DNA from: Dehalococcoidia bacterium
GTDB taxonomy: Bacteria; Chloroflexota; Dehalococcoidia; Plut-88900
Direction: 5' to 3'
NCBI GenBank assembly: GCA_965197645.1
Contig: OZ240219.1
Location: 1,536,001-1,600,000 of the forward strand
DNA length: 64,000 bases
Position 1 is the first letter of the stretch, and every line of letters starts with the position of its first letter. The notes under the pieces are model-generated. The model saw only the letters and a program-made list of their open reading frames with translations. It had not been told where the DNA came from and searched no databases. Below are positions 1-8,753 of this stretch, in pieces. The position numbers and the translations under genes were made by a program.

Positions 1-811
1 GCCCCACTCCTGACAGGCCGAGGATATGAGGAGTCTCCACGGCGCCTGCACACAGGATTATCTCCTCCCCCTGCACGGTGAACATCTCTCCTCCGCTGAC
101 CAACAGGAGTCCCGTGGCCCGGTTGCCATCGAAGATGATCCCGTGGACCAGGCAGTTGGGTCTGATGTTGAGGTTCACCCGGTGCCGAGCGGGGTCCAGG
201 TATCCTAGGGCCGTGCTCCAACGCACCCGATCGACGATGTTGAAAGCGATAGGTCCCACACCGGTGGAGTCCGGCCGGTTGTGATCGGGGCAGTCGGGGA
301 AACCTGCGTCTATGCAGGCATCGTAGAAGGCCTTCTGCTGAGGTCCCCACTCGTCGGGTGGGAAGCGCCGGCATTGGATCGGGCCACTGGCGCCGTGATA
401 CTCGTCACGGAAGTCCCGATCGTTCTCGCTCTTCCTGAAGTAAGGGAGTATCTTCTCGAAGCTCCACTCGTCGTTGCCCTGTTCCGCCCACAGATCGTAG
501 TCTTCCCGCACACCCCGCAGGAACTGGGCGCCATTGACTGCGCTGGACCCGCCTGTAGCCTTGCCCCTGGGTATCAGGACGGGCAGAGACTCGTCGGTTG
601 AACGGGCCTCGTAGTTCCACAGGTGCTCGCTTTCGTAGACGTCGGGCCTTTCGCCATACAGATACTTGAGCTCGGCAGGCAGGCGATCGATGTCAGGAAA
701 GTCCTCGCCCGCCTCCACCAACAGCACTGACCTGTTGGGGTCCTCGGTCAGCCGGTTGGCCAGCACTCCGCCGGCCGAGCCCGCTCCGACTATGATGTAA
801 TCGTACTTCAT
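1..811 (-). CDS. GMC-family FAD oxidoreductase (choline dehydrogenase/MftG-like), runs off the window start
   Basis: Manual translation from ATG at 811: MKYDYIIVGAGSAGGVLANRLTEDPNRSVLLVEAG...RGKATGGSSAVNG (GxGxxG plus GMC signature); GGAGG RBS upstream; not in ORF track because truncated. Confidence 0.9.
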   Translation of the reverse strand, partial: MKYDYIIVGAGSAGGVLANRLTEDPNRSVLLVEAGEDFPDIDRLPAELKYLYGERPDVYESEHLWNYEARSTDESLPVLIPRGKATGGSSAVNGAQFLRGVREDYDLWAEQGNDEWSFEKILPYFRKSENDRDFRDEYHGASGPIQCRRFPPDEWGPQQKAFYDACIDAGFPDCPDHNRPDSTGVGPIAFNIVDRVRWSTALGYLDPARHRVNLNIRPNCLVHGIIFDGNRATGLLLVSGGEMFTVQGEEIILCAGAVETPHILGLSGVG

Positions 812-846
812 GCTCCACCTCCTATTCCGACAATTCGGCCGGGCTT

Positions 847-978
847 CTACCCCTTGTAGACCGCTTAGCCGACTATCAGCGTCTCCACGGGAAAGTCCTA
901 GATAGTGCTGGGACCGATGGTAGTGAGGTCGTCCCTGTTTAGAACAATCAGACCGGTTGCATGATTCCCGGGAGACAT
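847..978 (-). pseudogene. Decayed fragment resembling the C-terminus of an Amidohydro_3 (YtcJ-like) protein
   Basis: Reads MSPGNHATGLIVLNRDDLTTIGPSTI*DFPVETLIVG*AVYKG*, similar to the 'PGKLADLIVLDRDPL..I.DI.VETTIVGG.VVY' pattern, with two in-frame stops. Confidence 0.4.
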
Positions 979-1016
979 GCCGGGCCTCCTTACATTCAGA
1001 TCGGTCTATGTAACGA

Positions 1017-2150
1017 TCAGCCGGCCAAGGCGGGTACCCGGGAGAGGATAACGCCGCCCGCCAGGGCCGACCCGATAACGCCAGCTACGTTGGGGCCCAT
1101 AGCGTGCATGATCAGGAAGTTATCGGGGTTCTCTTTCTGGCCTACTCGCTGGACCACACGAGCGGCCATTGGCACCGCAGATACTCCGGCAGCGCCGATC
1201 AATGGATTGATCTTTCTGCCCGATATAACCATCATCACCTTTCCGAATAGGATACCGCTTGCGGTGCCGATGATAAAGGCGCCCAGGCCGAGGCCCAGAA
1301 TCTTGAGAGTGCCTAGCTGGAGGAAGGCATCTCCGGTCATGGTCGAGCCGATGACCAACCCCAGGAAGATGGTAACTATGTTGATCAGCTCGTTCTGGGA
1401 GGTGTTGGAGAGCCGCTCCACCACTCCGGACTCTCGCATCAGGTTGCCGAACATGAACATGGCCAGCAATGGGACCGCCTTCGGGGCCAGAAGACCGCCG
1501 GCAACGGCTACCACAATCGGTAGAAGCACCTTGAGGAGCTTGGGTATAGGCCTATCGGTGTACTCCATCTTGATGCTCCGTTCCGCCTTGGTTGTGAGCA
1601 GCATCATGATGGGCGGCTGGATCAGGGGTACCATGGCCATGTAGGAGTAGGCGGCAACCACTACGGGCGCCAGTATCTCGTTGGGACAGGTCTCCGTATC
1701 GGGACAGAGCTGGGTAGCGACGAAGATCGTCGTGGGTCCATCGGCGGAGCCGATTATCCCTATCGATCCGGCCTCCCTAAGGGAAAAGTCCAATGCGATG
1801 GCGGTCATCAGGCTTACGAAGATGCCCGCCTGGGCGGCGGCGCCCAGCAGTATAGTGCTGGGCCGTTGCAACATGGGGGTGAAGTCGGTCAGGGCGCCCA
1901 GGCCGAGGAACATAAGGAGGGGGAACAGCTCGTTATCGAGGCCGCTTTCCTTGAGGACCGTCAGCACGCCGTGCTCTCCGGTCAGACCGCCAAGGGGGAG
2001 ATTGGTGACCATGGCCCCGAGACCGATGGGCAGGAGCAACAGAGGTTCGAATCGCCAGCGGATGGCGAGCAGGATCAACACCCCGCCCACTATCATCATG
2101 GCGACGGCTCGCCACTCCAGCGCTGTGAAGCCTTCGAATAGGTCTTCTAT
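1017..2150 (-). CDS. oadB: Na+-translocating decarboxylase subunit beta
   Basis: Motifs EPLLLLPIG, IGIIGSADGPT, NPLIGAAGVSAVPMAARV, HAMGPNVAGVIGSA. Track start is 2099; probable true start is ATA at 2150 behind GGAGG. Confidence 0.93.
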   Translation of the reverse strand: MEDLFEGFTALEWRAVAMMIVGGVLILLAIRWRFEPLLLLPIGLGAMVTNLPLGGLTGEHGVLTVLKESGLDNELFPLLMFLGLGALTDFTPMLQRPSTILLGAAAQAGIFVSLMTAIALDFSLREAGSIGIIGSADGPTTIFVATQLCPDTETCPNEILAPVVVAAYSYMAMVPLIQPPIMMLLTTKAERSIKMEYTDRPIPKLLKVLLPIVVAVAGGLLAPKAVPLLAMFMFGNLMRESGVVERLSNTSQNELINIVTIFLGLVIGSTMTGDAFLQLGTLKILGLGLGAFIIGTASGILFGKVMMVISGRKINPLIGAAGVSAVPMAARVVQRVGQKENPDNFLIMHAMGPNVAGVIGSALAGGVILSRVPALAG

Positions 2151-2163
2151 CTCGCTCCTCCCC

Positions 2164-2481
2164 TCAGTCCTTCTGTTCGGTTTCTTCGGACATGAAGATG
2201 GCTACGGCCACGGCTGCTGCCCGGGCCGCCCGCTCCTGAGAGTCGTCAGGAGCCGGATCGGCGGGAGCCGGTGTAGCGGCGGTCTCAGGGGGTGGCGCTA
2301 CGGCGGCCGGCGGGGCTTCCGGGGTGGCGGTGACCAGGGACGTATCCCGCTTCGGTTGCAGTCTGCCTTCGATGGTGTCGATGGCGAACCGCATCACCAG
2401 GATCAGCACGAGAATAGAGACCAGGGCCAGGAACACCATCCCGACCCCGATGCCCGCAATCTCTAGTCCATCGCTGTACAA
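2164..2481 (-). CDS. oadG: Na+-translocating decarboxylase subunit gamma (OadG family)
   Basis: N-terminal TM 'GVGMVFLALVSIL', Ala/Pro-rich linker, 'AAAVAVAI' tail; directly upstream of oadB. Confidence 0.88.
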   Translation of the reverse strand: MYSDGLEIAGIGVGMVFLALVSILVLILVMRFAIDTIEGRLQPKRDTSLVTATPEAPPAAVAPPPETAATPAPADPAPDDSQERAARAAAVAVAIFMSEETEQKD

Positions 2482-2558
2482 CTTGCTCTCCCGCTATACG
2501 CGACCGAACACTGTGATGGTTGCGATGACAAGCCTACCTGTTCGATAGACGCCGAGAA

Positions 2559-3128
2559 TCAGGTGATGGCGCCGACCCAGAGACCTTCGAAGAACTCGGG
2601 AGTGAGCTCTATCATGGCGTCGGACACCTCCATAAGGTCTCTGGACTGGTTGCTCTCGAAGCAGGCCACCTCGACAAACTTGCCAAGGTTCTTGACCGTC
2701 TGCACGGCATAGACGAAGTCGCCATCACCGCTGACCAGAACGGCCGTAGTGTACATCTCCCGCCACGCCAGGTGAAGCATGTCCGTGGCGAGCATGATAT
2801 CCACGCCCTTTTCGATGGCGACACCCCTTCTGTATGCAGACCGTCCCAGTCTGACCTCCAGATAGGGTGTGCCGTGGAGGATGCTGAGGAACTTCTGTTG
2901 CTGCCAGAAGGCCTGGGGCTTGCGCCGGCTGTCCTGCAGTATGTTGTAGTAGTAGGTCCGCAGGAGGCTCCGGCCTCTCAGCAGCGCCTGGATGAACCTG
3001 GAAAAGCTGAGGTCGGCCCGCTTGCAGTTCTCCTCCAATGCGTGATACAGGTTGCTGCCATCGATGAAAATTGCTACTCGTTGTCCGTTACCGGAGGCAT
3101 ATCCATATTCCTGGATTTGTTGCGTCAT
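2559..3128 (-). CDS. NYN domain (LabA/DUF88) protein
   Basis: Motifs FIDGSNL, EKGVDIML, LVSGDGDF. Confidence 0.9.
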   Translation of the reverse strand: MTQQIQEYGYASGNGQRVAIFIDGSNLYHALEENCKRADLSFSRFIQALLRGRSLLRTYYYNILQDSRRKPQAFWQQQKFLSILHGTPYLEVRLGRSAYRRGVAIEKGVDIMLATDMLHLAWREMYTTAVLVSGDGDFVYAVQTVKNLGKFVEVACFESNQSRDLMEVSDAMIELTPEFFEGLWVGAIT

Positions 3129-3209
3129 TGCGTAGTGAAATAAGGGTCCTTTCTTGTAGCTATCAAGGGTGAAGTATAGCCTAGCTGTAGCTAATTACCA
3201 AGAGCCGGC

Positions 3210-3238
3210 TTGTAAGTCCTCGGGGCCGCCAGTATAAT
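3210..3238 (+). promoter_or_regulatory. sigma70-type promoter for the CoA-ligase gene
   Basis: TTGTAA-17 nt-TATAAT; the -10 box overlaps the track's ATG (3237), so the true start is probably downstream (e.g. GTG 3291). Confidence 0.55.
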
Positions 3239-4763
3239 GACGCCGTTCAAGCTCATAGATTCGGATCCCACATCAGTAGAGCCGACCCAGGTGTCACCCC
3301 GGAAATCATCGACGAGAACCCCCTCCCCCGCCCTTCATCCCGACTTTGAAAAGGCCTTCAGCCCAGAGTCCGTTGCCGTGGTGGGCGCCTCCAGCGACGT
3401 TAAGAAGGCCGGGTCCAACTGGCGCAATCCGGCCGGCAGGTTCGTTCCCGACCTCATCAAGGTGGGCTTCCCCGGCAGGATATACCCGGTCAATCCGAAG
3501 GCCGACGAGATAGACGGCCTGAAGGCGTACCCCAACCTTTCGGCGCTGCCCGAAGTCCCCGACCTGGTAACCATCACCGTGCCCGCTCGGTTCCTGGCCG
3601 CCGTGCTGGAAGAGTGTGGGAGGGTTGGGGCGCTCAACGTACACGTGTTCACCTCGGGGCTGCTGGAGTTGGCGACGGAGCGCGGCGATAGGTTGCAGCA
3701 AGAGGTCCAGGAAGCCGCAGCGAAGTCCGGGGCGCGGATCATCGGCCCCAACTGCATGGGCATCCACGTACCTAAGAGCCGCCTATCGACGATCACCGAC
3801 ACGATGGGAAAACCGGGCAGGGCGGCTTTCGTGGCCCAGAGTGGGGGCCACGCCATGCACATGATCGAGTTCGCCGCCGAGATGGACCTTAGGCTCAGCA
3901 AGGTAGTCAGCTTCGGTAATGCGATGGTCCTGGAAGGCACAGACTACCTGGAGTACCTCGCCACCGACCCCGACACCGAGGTCATTGGCATGTACCTGGA
4001 GGGGGTCAAGGACGGCAGCCGCCTGATGCAGGTGGTGAGAGAGGTCAACCGGACCAAGCCGGTCATCATCTGGAAGGGCGGTCTGACCGAATCGGGATCC
4101 AGGGCTGCGGCCTCGCATACCGGCTCGCTGGCGGGGCAGCGGCAGATATGGGACGCCTTCTTCGCACAGACCGGGGCTATACAGGCCGGCTCTGCAGAGG
4201 AGGTGGGCGAGGTGATGCGGGCCTTCACTTATCTACCTCCCATCGGGAACAACCGGGCAGTGCTGGTTGGCGCCGGCGGAGGGAACAACGTGGCCTCAGC
4301 GGATATCTGCTCGGAGGAAGGGCTGGACCTGACACCCCTCTCCGCAGAGACCAGCGAGAGGCTTCGCGGCTTCGTGCCGGACGCCGGCAACAGCGTACGG
4401 AATCCTCTCGACCTCTCCTTCGGTATGAGGGAGAAGACTCACACCCAGCAAGCGGTGGAGATAGTAGCGCGGGACGAGGGAGCAGACTTTATACTGGTGA
4501 TGCCCCCCATCGAGATGTTCGTCGACTCGGCGTCTACACCTGAAGACTCGATAACCGGCGAGCTGGTCAAGATCGCCGAGGACAGCGCTGCCGGGAAACC
4601 CTTGATCCCTATCATCTCGGAGCGGCTATCGGACTCCGATGTCAAGATCGATTACAGGTTGCTCTATCGCAAGTTGGCGGAGGCCGGGATATTGACCTAC
4701 AGCTCCCTGGGCAGGGCCGCCAGAGCGCTGTCCCGATTCACCGCCTACCACCGCAGGGCATAG
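3237..4763 (+). CDS. NDP-forming acyl-CoA synthetase alpha-like subunit (CoA-binding protein)
   Basis: SVAVVGAS, YPVNPK, IIGPNCMG, AQSGG, SFGN and phospho-His motif ASHTGSLAG; no ATP-grasp domain; start uncertain. Confidence 0.88.
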   Translation: MTPFKLIDSDPTSVEPTQVSPRKSSTRTPSPALHPDFEKAFSPESVAVVGASSDVKKAGSNWRNPAGRFVPDLIKVGFPGRIYPVNPKADEIDGLKAYPNLSALPEVPDLVTITVPARFLAAVLEECGRVGALNVHVFTSGLLELATERGDRLQQEVQEAAAKSGARIIGPNCMGIHVPKSRLSTITDTMGKPGRAAFVAQSGGHAMHMIEFAAEMDLRLSKVVSFGNAMVLEGTDYLEYLATDPDTEVIGMYLEGVKDGSRLMQVVREVNRTKPVIIWKGGLTESGSRAAASHTGSLAGQRQIWDAFFAQTGAIQAGSAEEVGEVMRAFTYLPPIGNNRAVLVGAGGGNNVASADICSEEGLDLTPLSAETSERLRGFVPDAGNSVRNPLDLSFGMREKTHTQQAVEIVARDEGADFILVMPPIEMFVDSASTPEDSITGELVKIAEDSAAGKPLIPIISERLSDSDVKIDYRLLYRKLAEAGILTYSSLGRAARALSRFTAYHRRA

Positions 4764-4780
4764 CTCGGCGGTAGACGCGT

Positions 4781-5470
4781 TCAACCCTCGTCCAGCACTC
4801 TGGATAGGAACGCGCCGGTATCGGACAGGTCTGAAAAGAGCAAGGTTGGCTCGTGCCGGCCCAGCTGCTCCTCCGAATAGTAGCCGGTGGCCACGGCGAC
4901 GGTCTTCACCCCGTTGGCTCTGCCGGCCTGCACGTCTCGAGGAGAGTCGCCGATGACGCAGATGTCATCCTTGGAGTATCCGGCGCCGGACCAGGCCTGG
5001 CAACGCTCGATGCCCAGGGCCACGATCTCGGAGCGCTCGGTGGAGTCGCCGCCAAACCCGCCCTCGGAAAAGTAGCCGTCCAGACCGTACTTCCTGAGCT
5101 TGACGAAGGCCGTCTCCCGGAAGTTGCCGGTGACAAGGCCCAGATGGACGTCTTCCCGTTGGGACAGCCGGTCCAATAGGGTCCTGACGCCGGGGGAATC
5201 CCCGCCTTCGGTCCAGGCGTCCAGTACCGATTCCAGGTTGCGGACGTAGGCGTGCTTGAATCTGCCCATGACGTCGTCGGAGTTGGGGATGTTCCACTTG
5301 GCGAAGGCTTCCCCCACTATGGAGAGGTCCATTCTTCCCGCGAAGTCGATGCCTTCGAACCCATCTTCGACACCGAACATCTCCTTAAAGGCGGTGTTCA
5401 GGGCCAGCCTATCGCCTCCAGCGGTGCTCAGGAGGGTCTGATCGACGTCGAATAGGAGCAGTCTGGCCAT
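4781..5470 (-). CDS. HAD-family hydrolase (phosphoglycolase phosphatase-like)
   Basis: FDVDQTLL motif I, VTGN motif II, IGDSPRD motif IV. Confidence 0.88.
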   Translation of the reverse strand: MARLLLFDVDQTLLSTAGGDRLALNTAFKEMFGVEDGFEGIDFAGRMDLSIVGEAFAKWNIPNSDDVMGRFKHAYVRNLESVLDAWTEGGDSPGVRTLLDRLSQREDVHLGLVTGNFRETAFVKLRKYGLDGYFSEGGFGGDSTERSEIVALGIERCQAWSGAGYSKDDICVIGDSPRDVQAGRANGVKTVAVATGYYSEEQLGRHEPTLLFSDLSDTGAFLSRVLDEG

Positions 5471-5625
5471 ATGGGCCCCCTCCGTCTAATCGACCAACTC
5501 ATGTGGTGAGGATCTAGCGCGGAAGGTGAGTATAGAGGAGCAGGCCCGGCAAGACCACAGCGCAGAGCACGGCTATAATTCAAGTGCAACCGGACTAATC
5601 GGTCAGGACTGAAGGTGGAAGATCG

Positions 5626-6963
5626 ATGTATGAAGACACCATCGCGGCCATAGCTACGCCCATAGGCGAGGGCGGGATCGGGGTGATACGGGTCAGCGGC
5701 GCCCAGGCAAAGGAGATAGTGGGCGGCGTGTTCACCAGGGAGCTTCGGCACCGGCGGCTGTCACACGGCCATATCAAAGACCCCGCCGACGACTCGCTGG
5801 CTGATGAGGTGATGGTTGCTTACATGCGGGCCCCCAACAGCTATACGCGGGAGGACGTGGTCGAGATCTACGGGCACGGCGGCCCCATGCCGCTGCAGCG
5901 GGTGCTAAAGGTCCTGGTTTCCGGCGGCGCTCGTCCCGCCAATCCCGGCGAGTTTACCCTTCGTGCCTTCCTGAACGGCCGGATAGACCTAGCCCAGGCG
6001 GAATCGGTGCTGGACGTGATCCAGGCGAAGACCGACGCCGGACTGCGGGTGGCGATGGCCGGATTGCAGGGCAGGCTGTCGGGACCTCTCAAGGAGATCC
6101 GGGGCGAGCTGATGGACGTGCTGGCCTATCTGACCGCCAGGATCGATTTCCCCGAGGACGACGTGGAAGCGCACGACGTACTCCCCGCCCTTGGAGAGGC
6201 GAAAGAGAAGCTTTTCCGGCTTATCGATTCGGCGGACGCGGGCATAGTGCTGAGGCAAGGGGTGAGGACGGCGATAGTGGGCCGGCCAAACGTGGGAAAA
6301 TCCAGCCTGCTGAACCGGCTGCTGGGTCAGAGCCGGGCCCTGGTGACCCCTATTCCGGGCACAACCAGGGATACCGTCGAGGAGGTGGTCAACATCCGCG
6401 GCATACCCTTCCTCCTGGTGGACACGGCGGGCATAAACGACACCGCAGACGTGGTTGAGAAACTGGGGATAGAACGGACGAAGGACTCGGTTGCCAGGGC
6501 CGACTTGGTGTTGCTGGTTATCGATCAGAGCGAACCACTGACCCGGGCCGATTCAGAGGTTATCGAGCAGATAAGCGATAAGTCGGTTGTGGCAGTGGCC
6601 AACAAGTGCGATCTTCCAACCCGAGCCGCCCTCGATAGCCTGGCCATGGGCTACACCGAGACTTCGATGCTCGCCGGAGAGGGGATAGAGGAGCTGGAGG
6701 ATAGGATGGTGAGCCAGGTGATGGGAGGCAGGGCGGTGACCTCCGATGCTCCCCTGGTTAGCAACCCTCGTCACAAGGCCGCCCTGGAGAGGGCCGGGAC
6801 CCATCTGGATGCAGCCGAGGAGAGCGTGTCGAAGGGGATGGCCGAGGATTTCGTGACCATCGATCTGACGGCAGCACTAAACGCGTTGGGTGAGATTACG
6901 GGCGAAACCGTCACCGAAGAGCTCCTGGACACGATATTCAGCAAGTACTGCATCGGAAAGTAG
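5626..6963 (+). CDS. mnmE: tRNA modification GTPase MnmE
   Basis: DTIAAIAT, GEFTLRAFLNGRIDL, GRPNVGKSS, GTTRD, DTAG, NKCD, C-terminal FSKYCIGK. Confidence 0.97.
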   Translation: MYEDTIAAIATPIGEGGIGVIRVSGAQAKEIVGGVFTRELRHRRLSHGHIKDPADDSLADEVMVAYMRAPNSYTREDVVEIYGHGGPMPLQRVLKVLVSGGARPANPGEFTLRAFLNGRIDLAQAESVLDVIQAKTDAGLRVAMAGLQGRLSGPLKEIRGELMDVLAYLTARIDFPEDDVEAHDVLPALGEAKEKLFRLIDSADAGIVLRQGVRTAIVGRPNVGKSSLLNRLLGQSRALVTPIPGTTRDTVEEVVNIRGIPFLLVDTAGINDTADVVEKLGIERTKDSVARADLVLLVIDQSEPLTRADSEVIEQISDKSVVAVANKCDLPTRAALDSLAMGYTETSMLAGEGIEELEDRMVSQVMGGRAVTSDAPLVSNPRHKAALERAGTHLDAAEESVSKGMAEDFVTIDLTAALNALGEITGETVTEELLDTIFSKYCIGK

Positions 6964-6989
6964 GCCGGCTTGACCCTGGAAAAGAGAAA

Positions 6990-7010
6990 CGCCCCGATTC
7001 AATCGGGGCG
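6990..7010. terminator. Hairpin between convergent mnmE and the tRNA operon
   Basis: CGCCCCGATT-C-AATCGGGGCG perfect inverted repeat; T-rich tail on the minus strand (TTTCTCTTTT). Confidence 0.7.
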
Positions 7011-7022
7011 CTCTTGGTTTGC

Positions 7023-7097
7023 TGGAGGCGACGGGCGGATTCGAACCGCCGATAGAGGTTTTGCAGACCCCCGCCTTAACCACTTGGCTACGTCGCC
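7023..7097 (-). tRNA. tRNA-Cys(GCA)
   Basis: GGCGACGTAGCCAAGTGGTTAAGGC...CTGCAAA...GGTTCGAATCC...CGTCGCCTCCA; encoded CCA. Confidence 0.96.
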
Positions 7098-7172
7098 TGG
7101 AGCGGAAGACCGGATTCGAACCGGCGACCCTCTCCTTGGCAAGGAGATGCTCTACCACTGAGCCACTTCCGC
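7098..7172 (-). tRNA. tRNA-Gly(GCC)
   Basis: GCGGAAGTGGCTCAGTGGTAGAGC...TTGCCAA...GGTTCGAATCC...CTTCCGCTCCA. Confidence 0.96.
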
Positions 7173-7201
7173 GTATGTTACGTTGGGCCTTTATGGTCGG
7201 T

Positions 7202-7288
7202 TGGTGCCGAGGAGGAGATTTGAACTCCTACGAGCTTTCGCTCACTGCCCCCTCAAGACAGCGTGTCTACCGATTCCACCACCTCGGC
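7202..7288 (-). tRNA. tRNA-Leu(GAG)
   Basis: GCCGAGGTGGTGGAATCGGTAGACACG; anticodon arm CTGTC-TTGAGGG-GGCAG; long variable arm; CCA end. Confidence 0.95.
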
Positions 7289-7346
7289 CCGGTTGTGCTG
7301 AAGCTTCGCTCCTGTCTTGGTAAGGTTGCTTATATCCCGGGATGGC

Positions 7347-7422
7347 TGGCAGGAGTGGGAGGATTCGAACCCCCGACCTGCGGTTTTGGAGACCGCTGCT
7401 CTTCCATCTGAGCTACACTCCT
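7347..7422 (-). tRNA. tRNA-Trp(CCA)
   Basis: AGGAGTGTAGCTCAGATGGAAGAGC...CTCCAAA...GGTTCGAATCC...ACTCCTGCCA. Confidence 0.96.
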
Positions 7423-7444
7423 GTACGGCCTCAGGTACGGATAG

Positions 7445-7474
7445 ATTCTATCACGAGGCCACAAATCGGGTCAA
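7445..7474 (-). promoter_or_regulatory. sigma70 promoter of the tRNA Trp-Leu-Gly-Cys operon
   Basis: TTGACC-18 nt-TAGAAT with TG extended -10, about 20 nt upstream of tRNA-Trp. Confidence 0.65.
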
Positions 7475-7496
7475 TTACAGTTCCGATTAGCTGCGC

Positions 7497-8735
7497 TCAG
7501 TCAACCACCTCGGCCAGGGTCAGCGTGACCTCGTACAGGACCTCCAGACCCGGCGCTATATCCTCCCAGTTCGTAAGCTCGTCAGGCGAGTGGCTCTTTC
7601 CGTCCACGCTGGGCACGAAGATCATTCCTGCATCGGCTATCCGGGCCATGTGAGAGGTGTCGTGTACGGCGCGGCTTTGGATATCGGTAGCCTGGAGGCC
7701 GAGATGGGAGCAAGCCTGCGAGATGGCGTCCTTGACCGTCGTGGACATATCGACGGCCGGGACGTACTCCGTGTCCACCACACTGCATTCCACCTCCCGC
7801 TCCTCTGCGATGCTATGAATGGCCCTTTTGGTCTCCTCGATGGCCGATTCCAGGGTTGAAACGGAGGTATCCCTGATGTCCAGGGTGAAGGTCACCAGGC
7901 CCGGCACTATGTTGGTCGCGCCCGGTTGGACGTCCATATAACCCACCGTGGCTACCAGCGACTCTGCCGGATCCGAACGACCGATACGCTCTACTTCCTG
8001 GACCATCTGAGATGCGGCCACCAGGGCGTCGGTGCGGCGGTTCATCGGCGTGGCGCCGGCGTGGTCCGCCTTGCCGACCACGGTAACCAGCCCGTGGTAT
8101 GAGCCGGTTATGGCCTGGACTATGCCGATGGGGACCCCGATTTCGTCGAGGAGGGCGCTCTGCTCGACGTGGAGCTCCACGAAGGACTTTACCTCGCTGG
8201 GCTTCATTGGCAGGTTCTCGGAAGACCCGTCGATGTCGATGGCTGTAAGGGCCTCTTTGACCGTGACGCCGTTCTGATCGGTGAGCTTGTAAAGCTCCTC
8301 GATGGGCCAGGCGCCGGTTAGGGCGGCACTGCCCATGGTGCCCTTCTTGAACCTGACCCCCTCTTCGTCGGTGAAGGCCACCACCTCTATGGGATGCCTG
8401 GTCTTGACGTTGTTGTCGTCGAGGCTTCGGACTATCTCCAGGGCGCCCATCACCCCGGTGGGGCCGTCGTAGTCCCCGCCGTTGGGCACACTATCGATGT
8501 GGGACCCCATCATAACCAAGGGCAGGGTGGGGTCCTGGCCCTCCCTTCGGCCTCGGATGTTGCCTATGGCGTCGACCTTCACGGAGAGGCCCAGCTGCTT
8601 CATGATGCTGATGACCAGGTTGCGGCCCTCGATGTCGGCGGGGGTCAGCGAGAACCTGGCGACGCCGCCTTCGGGAATCCTGCCGATCTGGGCCAATGCC
8701 TCCATATCCATCCTGAACCGGTCTACTTTGGGCAT
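7497..8735 (-). CDS. M20-family Zn amidohydrolase (allantoate amidohydrolase / N-carbamoyl-amino-acid hydrolase type)
   Basis: GSHIDSVPNGGDYDG, DEEGVRF, ELHVEQ, HAGATPM, SHSPDE. Confidence 0.9.
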   Translation of the reverse strand: MPKVDRFRMDMEALAQIGRIPEGGVARFSLTPADIEGRNLVISIMKQLGLSVKVDAIGNIRGRREGQDPTLPLVMMGSHIDSVPNGGDYDGPTGVMGALEIVRSLDDNNVKTRHPIEVVAFTDEEGVRFKKGTMGSAALTGAWPIEELYKLTDQNGVTVKEALTAIDIDGSSENLPMKPSEVKSFVELHVEQSALLDEIGVPIGIVQAITGSYHGLVTVVGKADHAGATPMNRRTDALVAASQMVQEVERIGRSDPAESLVATVGYMDVQPGATNIVPGLVTFTLDIRDTSVSTLESAIEETKRAIHSIAEEREVECSVVDTEYVPAVDMSTTVKDAISQACSHLGLQATDIQSRAVHDTSHMARIADAGMIFVPSVDGKSHSPDELTNWEDIAPGLEVLYEVTLTLAEVVD

Positions 8736-8753
8736 TAGGGTATCTCCGAACCG

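Noticed and set aside
898-900. Pyrrolysine or selenocysteine read-through
   Set aside because: A TAA follows 10 codons later, no pyl/sel genes are present, and no other gene in the window shows a conserved in-frame stop.
6877-7411. Track ORFs overlapping the tRNA cluster
   Set aside because: They are translations of tRNA genes, not proteins.
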